64,000 bases of DNA from Raja brachyura (taxonomy: Eukaryota): positions 62,310,001 through 62,374,000 of the forward strand of contig OY740783.1 of assembly GCA_963514005.1 (NCBI GenBank), in the 5' to 3' direction. Below are positions 14,035 to 28,451 of the stretch, in pieces. Every line of letters starts with the position of its first letter. Within the stretch, counting starts at the first letter, position 1. The translations under genes and the position numbers were made by a program. The notes under the pieces are model-generated. The model saw only the letters and a list, made by a program, of their open reading frames with translations. It ran no database searches and had not been told where the DNA came from.

Positions 14035-14386
14035 GCGGTAGCGGTACAGTTGCCAGTTTACAGTGCCAGAGACTAGTTCCATCCTGGCTATGGATGCTGC
14101 CTGTACATATTTTGTACGTTCCCCTTGTGAGTACGTGGGTTTCCTCTGGGTGCTCCAGTTTCCTCCCACATTCCAAAGTGTGCACGTTTGTTGGGTAATT
14201 TGCTTTCATTATAAAAAATCCCTTAGTGTGTAGGATAGTGCTAGTGTGCAGGTGATTGCTGATAAATTCTTCTGAAAATTGTCCCTAGTGTGTAGGGTAG
14301 AACTAGTGTAGGGCAATCACCGTTCGGCATGGACTCGGTGGGCATAAGGGCCTGTTTCCATGCTGTATCTCTAAACTAAACTAAAT
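14035..14386 (+). mobile_element. tRNA-derived SINE (HE1/V-SINE-like), decayed head
   Basis: Homologous to 26270-26587; (TAAAC)n tail. Confidence 0.8.
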
Positions 14387-16864
14387 CACCACCTGAAAGT
14401 TGCCCTCCAAGCCATGCATCTATAATGACTTCTAAATATATTGTTGTTCCTTCACCGTCATCGGGTCAAAAACCTGGAACTCTTTCCCTCATAGCACACT
14501 CACACCTCAATGACTGCAGCGGTTCAGGAAAGCAACTCACCACAACAGGGGCAATTAAATATTGGCTTGGTCTGCAACACCTCATCCCTTGAATGGATAA
14601 TAAAATTATTGAAGTTTCTTTGAAGTAGACCCAAATCCACGGGTCAAATGGCATTTATGATGGGATTAGCAAACCATGAATTTTACTGCTGTGATACCTA
14701 AATAGGGAAGTTCACCCAGAAGAGAATCCTTTGAAGAATAGTACTCTATCATGTTGGTGTATGACATATTGTTGGCAAAACCTATGAGTTTTCTAATCAT
14801 CAGTGACATCTGCAGGATTAGATTAGAAATAAAAAGTATAAAAAGAAAGAAAAAGTAATTCAGCGGGACAGGCAGTCAAGATCCTTCTTCAGACCCGAAA
14901 CATCACCCATTCGTTCTCTCCAGAGATGCTGCCTGTCCCGCTGAGTTACTCCAGCTTTTTGTGTCTATCTTCAGTTTATAACAGCATTCTCAGTTCCTTC
15001 CTACATAAAAAGCATGACTGCTATTCCCAACAGTAATGTAGTAGTTGGAAAGGAAAGAATTCCAAATCCTCACTCTGCACCTATTTATCCACATAGGTAT
15101 TGTTTCATAAAGTGGTAAATAATTCAGCATCTGATCAGGTCATTGTAAACATTGTACATGCCATGCATTTTAAAAGATTGGAACTAAACATCATCAAGCA
15201 GAGGTTGGGTGGTGAGCTCTGGTGACAGGCTTTTAAGTGCAATGGAGTCTCTATGGTTGGAGAAAGTCATCGCAGTTATAGACTAACAACAGTTGCATAA
15301 ACCATAATGTCTGGGTATTCGCTGAAACAAGGGAAGATGGGCAAAGGTGCCCTCACAAATCATTGCCATTGGAGTTGTCAAATGTGCAACTGTTGTACAT
15401 GCTGTAATAATGAAGTAACACAAACGGAGGAAGGAGGAAATGATTTGTCAAGCTTGTGATTAAATTCACTACTTAAATTATTAGTAAATGTTGTTAATGC
15501 ACAAGAGCTTCCATGTGTTTCTGAAATGCTGATGTTACTGTATGTTGTCCATTAAAATACATTCCCCTCATCCATGCCCTCAGAAATCAGCTGAGCCTCT
15601 AATTAACAGTCTTCAGAAGATCTGTAATTTATTTGTTCAGACAGCAGTTTCATTCCAAGACAATTACAGAATTGCAGATGTTTTTCATTTGATTTTTTTT
15701 CCTCCAATGTAAGATTGTTATCTTGATTTTTGCATCAAATCCTTAAGATCTTTATCCAGAAAGCAAAGTACTTTGGAGTTCCCAAAATCCTTGAATTTTG
15801 TTTTATCAGAAAAATACAAAATAGATTTTGGAGATAATACAAATACAAAACTAAGTTCACTGTGATTTGTACCTCAGTTAAAAATATATGCACTCATAAA
15901 TGGGGTTGAACCAATAGAGAACCAAGAGTAAAGAGTGTTTTATTGTTTTATGTACTGAAACGGAACAATTAAATTCTTACTTGCATCTGCATGGTTTAGT
16001 TTGCAAAAATGATTTTGAGAGAGAATTAAACAAAAGTTTGGGATAGCAATAAAGTAAGGCAGAGGAGTTTTGATTTTACTCGTGTATAGTGCGATTTGAC
16101 TGGATAGCATGCAAAACAAAGTTTCTCACTGTATCTCGGTGCACGTGGCAGTAAAAAAACAATACCAAAACTAATACACAAGGAGTCAGAAATGAGATGC
16201 TCTGCCTCGAGTGATCTGATACGATCCAGTATAACTTCAGCTACGAAATGGAAATAAATATATGGAAAATGAGAATTAAATTATTGAATTAAACAGTGTA
16301 CAACTCAGAAGACACAGGGATAATGTTAACCAACTGGTGAAGATGAATTGCACAGATATTTATTGTTTATCTGGTATTTAGGCATCTTAAATTCTCATGC
16401 AATTGGAAAAAAACTCCCAAGAAACTAAAGCAATTTAATTTTTTTTCAAAAATATGAATTTGAATTTGGTGCAGCAGTTTCATGTGGAATTTTGTTCATA
16501 TGCTGTGAATGTGATGTACAGTAATGTGTTATTTATGGAGCAGTTCTCATAACTGGCACGTTCTTGATATCAGCTCCCCCCCCCCCCCCCCATCCAATGG
16601 GTGATGGATGGCTGAGAATATACTGTACACAGTGCAACAACAATACGAGGGGCTAATGTACTCAAGAACAACTACTGTCATTTATTTAACATCGTCATGC
16701 AAATTAAAAGGCTGAAGGTTTACAGGAAGATTTATAAAATGTATCATATAGCCATGAATAATTTTAAGGAGTGCCTTAAAGGAAAAGAGGTAGAGAAACA
16801 AAAAAGGTATAGGATGTGAATTCCGGAGGCAGGCTGAAGTAAACAAAGGCAGAAGTCTCATAAG

Positions 16865-17095
16865 ATCGTAAGCAATAAGAGTAGCATGAGGCCATTCTGC
16901 CCATCAAGTCTACTCAGCCATTTAATCATGGCTGATCTATCTCTCCCCGCTAACCCCATTCTCCTGCCTTCTCCCCATAACACTGACACCCGTACTAATC
17001 AAGAATCTATCTCTGCCTTAAAAATCCACTGATTTGGCCTCCGCAGCCTTCTGTGGCAAAGAGTTCCACAGTTTCACCACCCTCTGACTAAAGAG
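16865..17095 (-). mobile_element. CR1 3' fragment
   Basis: atcatggctgatc...ctcctgccttctcccc...ttccacag...accctctg. Confidence 0.75.
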
Positions 17096-17879
17096 GGCTG
17101 TAGGACCAGAAGAGGCTGGCATAGATTGTGAAGGATGAGGTGATGGAGTGATTTGAAAAGTGAAAATTCTGAAATTGAAATGTTCCCAGAGTGAAAGCCA
17201 TTAGTCGATCAGCAAACACAGGGAGGTTGTTGTTGTAAGCAAGCATGTGGCCAGTGGTGCTTTGAGTGAGGTGAAATTTGTGTAGGTTGAAATGCAGGCG
17301 AGCAGTCAGCAGTTTATTTGAATAGTCCAGGGATACGAAAAGCACGTAGACTTGTAATGTATCATCGGAGGCATAGAGCACAGATTTTACGTGGTGAAAA
17401 TAGATCTGTACAAGCCATTCATACAATTACCACCGGAATAATATTCAAGCTTTGATTGTACTACAGCAGATGATAAGAAGATGTACACATGGTTTAAAAA
17501 GGAAAAGCAAATGACTGATGCAGTATAAGCATGTGCTTATCAGACACTGATGATCTTTGCAGAAGAGCTGGGGAATTTGTTCATGTTGGCTATGTAAGAA
17601 GAGATCAGCATGATAAGAATCACTGTGTCAGCCAACGCCAGGCTGCAATAGCTAGCGCCTGTGTTACTTTGTGAGTTCTCACAGCCCACAGCTTCAACTT
17701 TCTGTCGAGGGAAGGTTTTCACTTCCTGAATTTACAGGTGATGTGTGACATTGTACCAAGAGTCCCACCTATCAAAACCTTCAGCAATTGCTGTCAAGCT
17801 CTCAGCCTTTTCCAAAAATCTTCTTGAGCAACATTTACGGGGTTTTATATATTGATTGTTATTGTTTATTATTAATTAT

Positions 17880-18880
17880 TGAGAACAGCACCTCACATTC
17901 CGCTCGGGTACCCTACAACCCATTGGTATGAACATTGAATTCTCCAATTTCAAGTAATACCCACCTATCTCTACTTTCTCTTCGCCCACCCTGCTGGCTC
18001 ACACTCCCCCATGCTCACCATTTTCCCCATCTACTGCCCCATTACACTGTTCCTTTTGTCACCTTTGTACATTCATCTCACATCCCTTTCATCTCCCCAT
18101 TTCCCATTTATCCCACCTCTCTCCACTCCTCCCTGTACCCTTCCACCCATCTCCTTCCCTCCGGGTACTTTACTTGTCCTCTTCTTTTCTTATCTGACAC
18201 CCTTTTGTCTCCTTTTTACCTGCAGCCTTTGTCACCATCTCCACCCCTCTGCCAATTATTCCCCCTCACCTGTATCCACCTATCACTTGCCAGGCTTTAC
18301 CTAACCCCAACCTCTCCTTTCCAGGCAGAAAATTGCAGGGAATTGTGGATGCAGCCCAGACCATCACACAATCTGACCTCCATTCCATTGACTCCATTTA
18401 CACTTCACATTGCCTCAGCAAGGCCACCAGGATAATCAAGGATGAGTAACATCCCGGTCACTCCACTTCTCCCCTCTCCCATCAGTCAAAAGTTATAGAA
18501 GTGTGAAAATGCAAACCTGCAGATTCAGGGACAGTTTCACCCAGCCGTTAACAGGCAACTGAACCATCCTATTGATTGGACATTACTGAAATTTATCTTG
18601 CATTAAACGTTATTCCCTTTATCATGTATCCATACATTGTGGATGGCTCAATTGTAATCATGGGTTGTCTCTCCACTGACTGGTTAGCACAAGACAAAAG
18701 CTTTTCACCATACATTGGTACACGTGATAATAAACTAAACTCTGTTTCAACTCAGTTTTCTCTCCTCACTCCATTAGCCTGAACGACCATCCCCCCACCA
18801 GAAATGCATCTATCCATTTCCTCCACAGATGATGCTTGATCTAGTGAGTTCCCCCAGGAATCTGTTTTTTTGCTCAAGAT
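17880..18880 (+). mobile_element. Old PLE 3' fragment interrupted by a Rex/L2-like LINE end (about 18325-18750)
   Basis: gagaacagcacctcacattccgc...aacattgaattctcc encodes the EQHL.FR.G.L.P.G.NIEFS GIY-YIG terminus, followed by a pyrimidine-rich UTR. Confidence 0.7.
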
Positions 18881-19189
18881 TACAAATTCCAATCTTCATT
18901 CCCTTGGACAACCAAATGAGGTAGAAGACACAAAGTGCCGGAGTAACTCAGCGGATCAGGCAGTATTTCTGGAGAACATGAATAGGTGATGTTTTGGGTT
19001 GAGACCCTTCTTCAGACTTAAAAAGCATCCGTTGTTCGTTGTATCTACAACCAAAAAAGGTGGATATCCTGATCACCTATTGTGCTGTGTGGAGGCCTTT
19101 CAAATGTTCCAGTGTCTTGGGCCATAAATTGTGCTGAATTTGTGCCTCGGGAGACTATTATCCAAAACAGTCATAGGATGTTAGTTAAC

Positions 19190-19406
19190 CCTCTGTGGAA
19201 TTCTCTGCCTCAGAGGGTGGTGGAGACAGGTTCTCTGGATGCTTTAAAGAGGGAGCTAGATAGAGCTCTTAAAAATAGTGGAGTCCGGGGATATGGGGAG
19301 AAGGCAGGAACGGGGTACTCATTGGGGATTAGCCATTATCACATTGAATGGCGGTGCTGGCTCGAAGAGCCAAATGACCTACTCCTGCACCTATTGTCTA
19401 TTGTCT
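19190..19406 (+). mobile_element. Young CR1 3' fragment
   Basis: LWNSLPQRVVE...GYGEKAGTGY and (ATTGTCT)n tail. Confidence 0.88.
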
Positions 19407-19474
19407 AACCCCTCTCTAAGTGTCACCCATGTTAGTGATAAAGATACTGAGAGTGATATATCAAATCCAGTGAT

Positions 19475-20070
19475 GTAATGAGGGTGTGGAAACATTGGAA
19501 AGGATACAAAAAATATTTACCAGGATGCTGCCTGGATTAGAGCATATTAGTTATGAGGAGAGATTGAACGTACCTGGATTGTTTTCCCAGAGATCTGATA
19601 GAAATATATAGAACTATGAGAGGCATAGATAGGGTAGATAGTCAGAATCTTTTTCCTCGGGTGGAAATGCGTCTGAGGAAGGGTCTTGACCTGAAACGTC
19701 ACCTATTCCTTCGCTCCATAGATGCTGCCTCATCCGCTGAGTTTCTCCAGCATTTTTGTCTACCAAAGACTACAGGGCATATTTTTAAGGTGAGAGGGGC
19801 AAAATTTAAAGGAGGCATGTGAAGCAAGTTTTTTTACAGAGATCGGCAAGTGCCTGGTATGTTCTGCCAGTCGTGGTGGTGGAGCTGATTTGACAGTAGC
19901 ATTTAAGAGGCTTTTTGATAGACCCATGGTTATGTAGGGAATAGAGGGTTAGAGATCACATTCGCTCAAAGGAGGGATATTGATCATGTGCACTTTAATT
20001 CAACATCATGTTCGGCCAGGACATTGTGGGCCGAATTGCATGGTCCTGTGCTGAGCCATTGTATGCTGTA
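19475..20070 (+). mobile_element. Older CR1 3' fragment
   Basis: MRGIDRVDSQNLFPRVE...TTGH.FKVRG remnants. Confidence 0.75.
19671..19763 (+). mobile_element. ~93-bp PLE-derived mini-insert inside an older CR1 fragment
   Basis: gtCTGAGGAAGGGTCTTGACCTGAAACGTC...catttttgtctac interrupts the CR1 reading (RVEM / KTTGH). No clear TSD. Confidence 0.75.
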
Positions 20071-22865
20071 TGAAATCATAATGGCCCAAGGTTTCTGCAA
20101 GAACATCAACAGTTCTGCAGGAGAGGTAAAAGGGTACAGATGTTGGTATCCGGAGCAACAAACAATCTTCTGGAGGAACTTAGTGGGTCGAGCAGCATCT
20201 GTGGGTGGAAAGGAATGGTTGACATTTCAGATCAAAACCCTGCATCAATTCTTTAAGAACTTTTCATATTTTACCATAACTCCAGAACTTAGTAGAAATA
20301 TGCTTGAATATAGAATCCCCAGTGTTCCTCACAGCCGATTGCTCCATTTCATTCTGTCTATGGCTTGGTGTTGAACTCCTCAAGGAATGACATGAACTTT
20401 CTGGACTTTCCCAGTAATTATCCACCTGTGGCAGTGTGGACAAAAGCAACGCAGGGAGACAAGTGTCAGGTAGTTTACAATTTGACCTAATTAAGTTAAG
20501 TTAAATATTTTTTTAGTCATACTATTTTTAGTTTTGAAGTTTTTGTTTGTTTGTGAAGGTCCAAGTTATTCAAACATTTTAAGCGGTTTGACAGCTTTGA
20601 CTGTGGGTTCAGCCAGGGGCATGGCACACTAACTGTGTAACCAGTTTAGTTAGATTTACAAATGAAGGGTCCTGCACGTCGAAGCATTCATTGACCCTAC
20701 TTTGGAGATAACGGGTACTACTAGATAAAATGCTCGAATAAGAGTGAGTTTTGCAGGTAGGAGAATGACAAATGTGAGTGGTTCACTCTTCCCAGCAAAC
20801 TGGTCAATCTCCTCAGGGGCCTGATCCACAAATACCATTAATTGCTGACTACCATCTTCAGCTATTGTAACCAAAAATAGTTAATGATTTGAAGCTCATG
20901 TAGGAAAGCTATGCAACTGTATGATTGAACAGGGTTCATTCTGAATTAATATTTTGGACAAATGTTAAAAAAACATATTATTTCATAAATTACTGTAAAA
21001 TAATATGAATTCAGGATGTAACTTCAATGGTTCCCTTCTCCTTCCCAGCATTTTTCCTGAACTAATTCTGTTTAGCTACGAGCTCTCATGGGGGTTAGTG
21101 TGATGTTGGTGCTGCAGTGAAGCGGTTCAGTGGACAAACAAGCAGGACATGATGCATACGTCTCAATCCTGCCTCGCCAAACAAAGTGGTGATATTTGTG
21201 ACATCATTAATCCTAATTAGAGACAAATTCAATTCCTGTTGTTATGTTATTGGCTGTTTTATCTTAAAATAGCAGCAGTGTCAGACAGAAGCTAACCATT
21301 TTCTTTGAAACTCACTTGTGGAACATGCTGGAGATGTTAATATCGGGCTTTACGTATTTGGGGACCTTGTTTCCATGGCAGCAAACCTCAGCAGCTAGCA
21401 GAGGATATATCAATGAATTCAGAGAAAAGTCATTCTGTCTTTTCAACTAGTATGCTGTGTCACACCAGGGTACTGTGTTGTGTTGTTCAGCATCAGTAAT
21501 CAGGTTTACATGCATGGGTTTAGCATGGTGCATAGATGCATCTAAATCTATTTTCTTTACCTGAATAAGTATGTATGCTTTTAGGATTGTTTTAAGGAAG
21601 GCATTTCTAGTTTCATATAACCACTTTGCATTTTGATATTTACCAATTTATAGCTGGAAGCAGCAAGTCTATTATTTGTGGGGGAATGTTACTCAGTTTT
21701 TTTAATGTGAATTATGATTAGGTCCTTTCGGCAGGTACATCAACACTTTTCATTTCTTGAAGTTCCTCTCATCTAATGCCATCCTAAGCTATATATTGAA
21801 TCAGTCTGGTCCCGGCTCGAAGAAGGGTCCCGATCACTTATTCGATCCCTCAACAAATGCTGCCTGACCCACTGAGGTACTCCAGCACTTTGTGTTTTGT
21901 TTTATATTGACTGTTGTTTACACCAACATCTTCAAGAGCATTCAGAGTCACAGACTGTATCTAGTTGAAAGATGAGGTATTGTGGCTCGAATATATGTCC
22001 TCAAGCAAAACTCAAAGGTTTGTAGGACTCAGCAGGTCAGGCAGTATCTCTGGAGGGATTTAACAGATGACGCATAGGGTTGGGACCCGTCTTCAGACTG
22101 ATGGAGTAAGGGGAGAATTTACTGGTGCATTGTCTACTGTTGGCCAAAGGCCAAGGGCAGGGAAGCAAATTGATCACTTAATAGAATATGAATCTATTTA
22201 CATGATTGTTTCCTATAGTTTTGCTGCTTAGTTTCATGATTATTTTCAGGTTAAATCTCATCCTCCTACTGCAAGAAAATCAGAAAATGTAATCTGTTGG
22301 AGAGAATTATTGAGGAAAGTGTACATACACATAATGTATTGAATAGTATCCTGAGATGCACTTTTAATTAAAAATGAAGCAATGTAACACATTCCCAAGA
22401 AGGTAATGTACAGAGATAGTATAAGGAAGAGAGCAAAGTGGGCAGGAAGACATTGAGCATGTGTTACACATCCTGCCTAAATTTCCTTTCCATTTTCCAA
22501 TTTGAGCAGGGTGAGTATGGCAGACCACCTACTGTATTTCAAGCTCCTTTGAACATGAACATCATCTTGTCAATGTCACATTCTAGTTTGTTTTTCTCAG
22601 GACAAGGTAGGAATAATGTCATAAATCTGTTAACTCTTACAGCAGCAAATTAGTCAGTTCAATTATGTTTGATGATTGTAGAAGAGTTGCTTCTCTTGAA
22701 ATATTATATCCCAAATTTTCCATTACCATTTAGCAATGGTGCAAAAACAAATTCCTTTTGAAAACTGGCCAAAGTTAATTTAAATACATAGTTAAGGCAC
22801 AATTTCAGTAAAGTACTTTTGCCATTTTCATCATAATAAATAACAAACGTATACATATAGACACA

Positions 22866-23820
22866 GTGTGAACAAGTTTCCCCTCATATTCCTATTCAAC
22901 CTTTCCCCTCTCACCTTAAACCAATGTGGTGTAGTCCTTGATTTCCAAATCTTAGGAAAACGTTTCTGCGCATTCACCCTATCTATTCCCCTCATGATTT
23001 TATATACCTCTAAAAAATCACTCCTCACTCTCCAATGTTCCAAGGGATAAAGTCCCACTCAACATTGCCTCTGCTTATAAATCAGTCCCTTTACAGCTTA
23101 ATGGCATTTTTCCCATTGCAGGGTGACCAAAACTGAGCACAATACTATAAGTGCGGCCTCATCAGCATCTATTACAACTGCAACATAATGCCCCAGCTTC
23201 TATGCTCAATGCCCTTACTGACAAAGACGAGCATTCCAAAAGCCTTCTTCGTCACCCTGTCCACCTGTGACACCACTTTAAGGGAACAATGTACTTGAGC
23301 TCCTTGGTCCCTTCATTGTACTACACTCCCCTGTCCACTGTGAAAGTCTTGCCCTGCTTTAACTTTGTAAAATGCAGCACCTTGCACTTATCTGCAGTAA
23401 ACACCATTTGCCATTCCCCAGTTCATTTATCCAGTGGTTCAAGGTTCTGCTATAATTCTTGATAATCTTCTTGACTGCCTCCAATGCTGACTACTTTAGT
23501 GTCACCTGGAATCCTACTAGCCGTCCCTTGTACATTCTCATCCAAATCTTTGTAACAATAATGGGCCCAACCTGTACCTCATGGCCAGTATCGACCCCTG
23601 AGGCATGACATTGAGCATGGACCTCCAATCCAAAAATCTGTCTTCTTCCCTCCCCTCTACTTCATAGTATAAAGCCAAATATTTATCCAGTTAGCTAGCT
23701 TTCCCTGATCCTATGTGATTTAATCTTCCAGTAACCTACCACGTGGAGCCTTATCAAAGGCTTTGCTGAAATATAAACTACTTCTGCTGCACTGCCCTCA
23801 TTGACCCTCTTGGTTATTTC
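22866..23820 (-). mobile_element. Degenerate CR1 RT/ORF2 fragment
   Basis: EVYKIMRGIDRV remnants; ccaaaactgagcacaatact motif (YC.QF). Confidence 0.78.
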
Positions 23821-26269
23821 TCAAAAAAATACATGATGGAAGATTTAAATACGTCATACTGGAGATTGTTCTGTGCCTTTATTGTTTGGAGTTACGAAGA
23901 CATTGCAGGCTTTCTTAACACTGTTTGGGAAAGTTTCATAAAGAATAAGAACCTCGAATATGAAGTTCACAGTAAAACATGATTGGGTTTCCCTGTGTAA
24001 TCCCATTGCTGAAGCTGACACTGCTGGTTACACAGTGATGTTCCCTACTGATGTGTTGCAACTCTCCACGGTTCTCTGGAGATTGCACAAAAGCTGTGAA
24101 ATTTGAAGCCTGTGCTTAAAGGGACATAACACAATGCCAGCAACACTTCCAGTTGCTGGAAATTATGCTGCAGAACAAACAAGTCTTAGAGGGACCTCAA
24201 CAGGCCGAGTACAGATATGCTTGGAGATTTTGAGGACTACAGCAAAGTGCTGCTGGTAGGAGGTTACCAAAGAGGTTACTGCTCTGTAATGTCATGAGTC
24301 CACTCATAACTGCATACACTCGTACACTGGGGCACCTTTTCCCTTTCTTACTGCTCCAGTGAGCTGAAGGAAAAGTAGACAATGTCTTTGAATTGGATAT
24401 GGGCTGATTTCCCTAATTCAGCTTTGAGCACCAAACAGTGAGATGTGGCAGCCAGGAATGGTCCTTGTGCTAAGAAGCTGTGGATGTATCATGCTAACCT
24501 TTCTGGACAAAGCAGTCAAGAGTTGATTGGAGGTCATAGATCTCAGCGAGGACAAACAAACAGTTGTGACCTTTAATTAGCACAATTTTTGAGGGGAAGC
24601 TGAATTAGTAAAACCTATTTGTTCTATGTGTAATTAAAAGCGGTCATTTTTCAGAATGTGAAATGAAAATTAATTTTACAGATTAATTTTACATGTTGCA
24701 CTATCATTAGCTCCATTTGACAGACTATTATGCCAGAGAATGTGTTGTGGGGAACAAAAGTCCTGTCAAAAATTAGGAGACAAATCCGGATAGGTGGTAA
24801 GATTCCCAGATAGGCTCAAGATTATTGTTCTCTGGATAAGGCCAATTTTCAATAGCATAATTGTCCTTTTATTTTTGAAAAGGTATAAAGGAGTAACTAG
24901 TGTGAATCTCAGAGAGAAATGCAGTAGATATGAACACAAACAGAACCAAAGCAAATATGAACTGAAATAAGATATTCATCGTCAATAGCACAAATGCAGC
25001 AACATATACTAAAACATGACAGATTGAAATGGTAATGCAAGTTGATGGAAAGAAGAGTTGAACAAGAGAGAATTGAATTCAGATATTTAATGATAGCATG
25101 TATATCTTGACCGCAGTCTGTAGATATGCTGAAAGAAAAAAAATAGGTAATCAAACAAGTTGGTTAACATTAGACACAAACTAAAATTACATAAACTACG
25201 TGAATACAGAGATGGTCATGGGTCTATTTGAAGTCTGAATGGCTGGCAATGTAAAATGGATTGAGCAAAGAAATGAAGGAGCCAGCCAAATTCCCAGGCT
25301 CCTTTTCTAGGTCTACTTGTGCTTGGTCTTTTGCATAATGCAGATTTTACCCACCATTGTCACTTACTCTTAATTCTTGGAAACTTGTAATTAGTTTATT
25401 TACTGAAAAGTGAGGGGTACTTGCACAATTAAATCAGAAGCTGCACAGAAATGAAATAAAGAATAAAAACAACCCAAAATGAAAAGAAAAGGTCAGTGCT
25501 GGTAAAACACTTCTACAATCCAGTAAATCTGGCACAAATGTCACAGTGTAAAAAAGAAAGAGGACAGTTTCAATATTTGTAATACGTGGTTTGGAATAAT
25601 CTACTTCATTATTTATATAACTAATAATGAAATAATTTTAATAATGAAAACAATAATTTTTCTTCTAATTTTTTTTGTTGTGTAATTGCAAAATCAACAA
25701 GTGGTCATTTTTAAGAAACAAAACTAAAACTGTACGTGCTGGAAATCTGAAACAATTTTCTATGTTTGTTTAAAACTGACACTCATAGTTAGTAGATTTC
25801 TTTGCAACAATTTGGAATTGGACTAAAAGGAAATTAGATATCTCTGGCAGATAATGTAAAGGAGAATGCTAATAGATTCAAGAAATATATTAAGCAAAAA
25901 AAAAACTAGATAGAGAGTAGGCCAACATTACAAAAGAGGAGATGGTGGCATCTTGAAGTGCATAAAAGTGGATAAATCCCCAGAGTTTCACCAGATGTAT
26001 TTGATGATATTTTAGGAAGCAAAGGAAGAAATTGCTGCAGTCGTCAGAGATTTTTGTATTTTTGTTGGCCACAGGCGAGGCTGATATTGTGCCTTTATTT
26101 AAGAAGAGTTGCAAGAACAACAAGGGAATTACAGGTCAGTGAGCTTAACATTAAGCCTGTTTCCGTGCTGTATGAACGGAAGTGTGAACTTAGTGTGAAC
26201 TAAGTTCATATTGAAGGCTCCTTCAACTAAAGATAGAAGAATTGAAGCTAGTGGTAGATTTTCTCTAAT

Positions 26270-26587
26270 GGCGGCACAGTGGCATAGCAGTAGAGTTGCT
26301 GCCTTACAACGCCAGAGACCTGGGTTCGATCCTGACTATGGGTGTTCTCTGTACGGAGTTTGGTCATTCTCCCTCTGACCGCATGGGTTTTGTCTGGATG
26401 CTCCGGTTTCCTTCCACACTCCAAAGACGTACAGCTTTGTAGGTTAATTGGCATTGGTAAAATTATAAAATTTCCCTAGTGTGTAGGATAATGCTAATAT
26501 ACGGGGTGATCACTAGTCGGCATGGGTTCAGTGGGCTGAAGGGCCTGTTTCCACGCTGTATCTCTGAAGTCTAAAGTAAAGTCTAAA
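26270..26587 (+). mobile_element. Full-length tRNA-derived SINE (HE1/V-SINE-like)
   Basis: A box TGGCATAGCAG at about 26280, B box GGTTCGATCC at 26323-26332, conserved core, short-repeat tail. Confidence 0.88.
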
Positions 26588-28451
26588 AGGCTGGAGACTT
26601 ATTTTGAGCTGCCACAATGGTTACAGATTTTCATGGCATTAGCGATTACCGTGCTGACAGACTGTTTCCGTTGATCACATTTGAGATGACCAATTCATTG
26701 ATTGGGAATGCTTCAAATCTTTATCCCGTTCCTTGCCAAGGGCCCCCAAAGGTATGAGTCAATTCCAAAAGCCTTCTTGCAATGCCTACAGTTATTTTGA
26801 AGTGCTATTTCACTTCACTTGCAACTTGCCTCGTTTAAGGCATACTCAACTTTTATCTAGCTTATTGTAGCTGTTTGTGCAGTATGCTGGTGGGTGGGCT
26901 TTATGATTTATTATTCCTGTGCTGGTGATGTGTATTGTCATCTGATGGTAGGAATGTTCTATAAATCATCTATCGTCTCAATATAAAAAAATATTGTCCA
27001 CTTCACTGATAGACAGGAATTTTGTACTCAAAAGGACACGAGTGCTGGAGCAACTCAGCAAGTCAGGCAGCATCTCTGGAGAGCATGGATGGTTGACATT
27101 TCGGGTTGAGACCCTTCTTCAGATTGACTGTAGTGGGGGAGAGGCAGGACAAAGCGTGGCAATTAATGGTCAACACAGGCGAGGAGGTGGGGGGGGGGGG
27201 GGGGATTTGACATGTAGATCATTGGAATTTTGTATTGATCCAGGCTTATTTAGAGGGTTGATAAAAGCTTTTCATGCACAGATTAACAATCTATGATAAA
27301 TTGTCATTCATTAAGGATTCAAGGTAATAGAATTTGATCACTGCCTCAAGACTTATAAGCATTGTCAAGACTTATTGGTGATGACAGAGAAATAGCTTAT
27401 CACTGATGGTGATGATCAGGGAAAACATCCTGCAAGCACAAAAGGGGTCATCTAAGAGTAGTTGCCCTTCTTTATGAGTACAGGATGTAATACTGTCTAC
27501 AAGAAGATCATCGAGGAGTAAGTATTTCTTTTTAACTTGGCTTTTAGAATTTATAGAAAAATCAAGTTGGTGGATAACAAATCTTTAATAAAACTCTGCA
27601 GATCGAATACCATGACAATCAATGAGTAGAATATTGCAACATGTGGAAACGAGGAACTAGAGATGCTGGTTTACGCAAAAGAACACAGTGCTGCAGTAAC
27701 TCAGCGAGTTAGGCAGCATCTCTGGAGGACATGAATAGGTGATGTTTTGGTTTGGGAGACTTCTTCAGACAGATATTGTGATGTTATTTTCTCCCATTAT
27801 ACTAAGACTAAGAGTACTTTAGAAAATGATCATAAATTCTAGTAAATGTTTTGAGTGAGTTTTATCTCTCTAAGGTGACCAGTCAGCAAGTATAAAAAAT
27901 TGGGGCACATTTTCCCAGGGGGAGGGTGAAAGCTCGTGCCAGTGGAGATTGACTCCTGGTGTGGGATGATTGTGAGGGAGAATGGAAGAGGTTGAGCCCT
28001 GTAATGCAGGGTAGGAATGGCCGAGAAGGAGCATGAGAAAGGGAGATTCTGGTTTGGAGGGAAGGAGTGGAAAGGAAAGAAAGAATGGTGTGAGGCAGTG
28101 GAAGTGGAGTGAGGAGAATGAGTTCTGAAGTAAATATATGAGGCGGAAGTGAGGAGGGAGATGTTCAGGACGGTCTGAGGCAGTGTGGCAACATAATGGG
28201 TTATAGGTAGTCTATAGGACCCTCCAGTAGCAGTGTCTTTCTAAAATCGTCACTGAAAACTCTACACTTAAAAATCAAGGCAAAAGATATCCTGACAATT
28301 CTTTGATCAGGATGCAGATCATTACACCAGTCTTGGGCAAGTTCTGATATTATGGAGCCATCTGCCCACTCTATTAAACCCTTCCATTGAGATTACCATA
28401 CGGAGATCCATAAAGTGATTCTGTAGAATTTGTTCTTTACATTCGTGTGCG

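Noticed and set aside
17935-18435. 166-aa Pro/Leu/Ser-rich ORF
   Set aside because: Stop-poor pyrimidine-rich PLE UTR with no protein motif.
26270-26345. Possible tRNA gene
   Set aside because: The A/B boxes run straight into a SINE core and tail present in many copies; no convincing cloverleaf.
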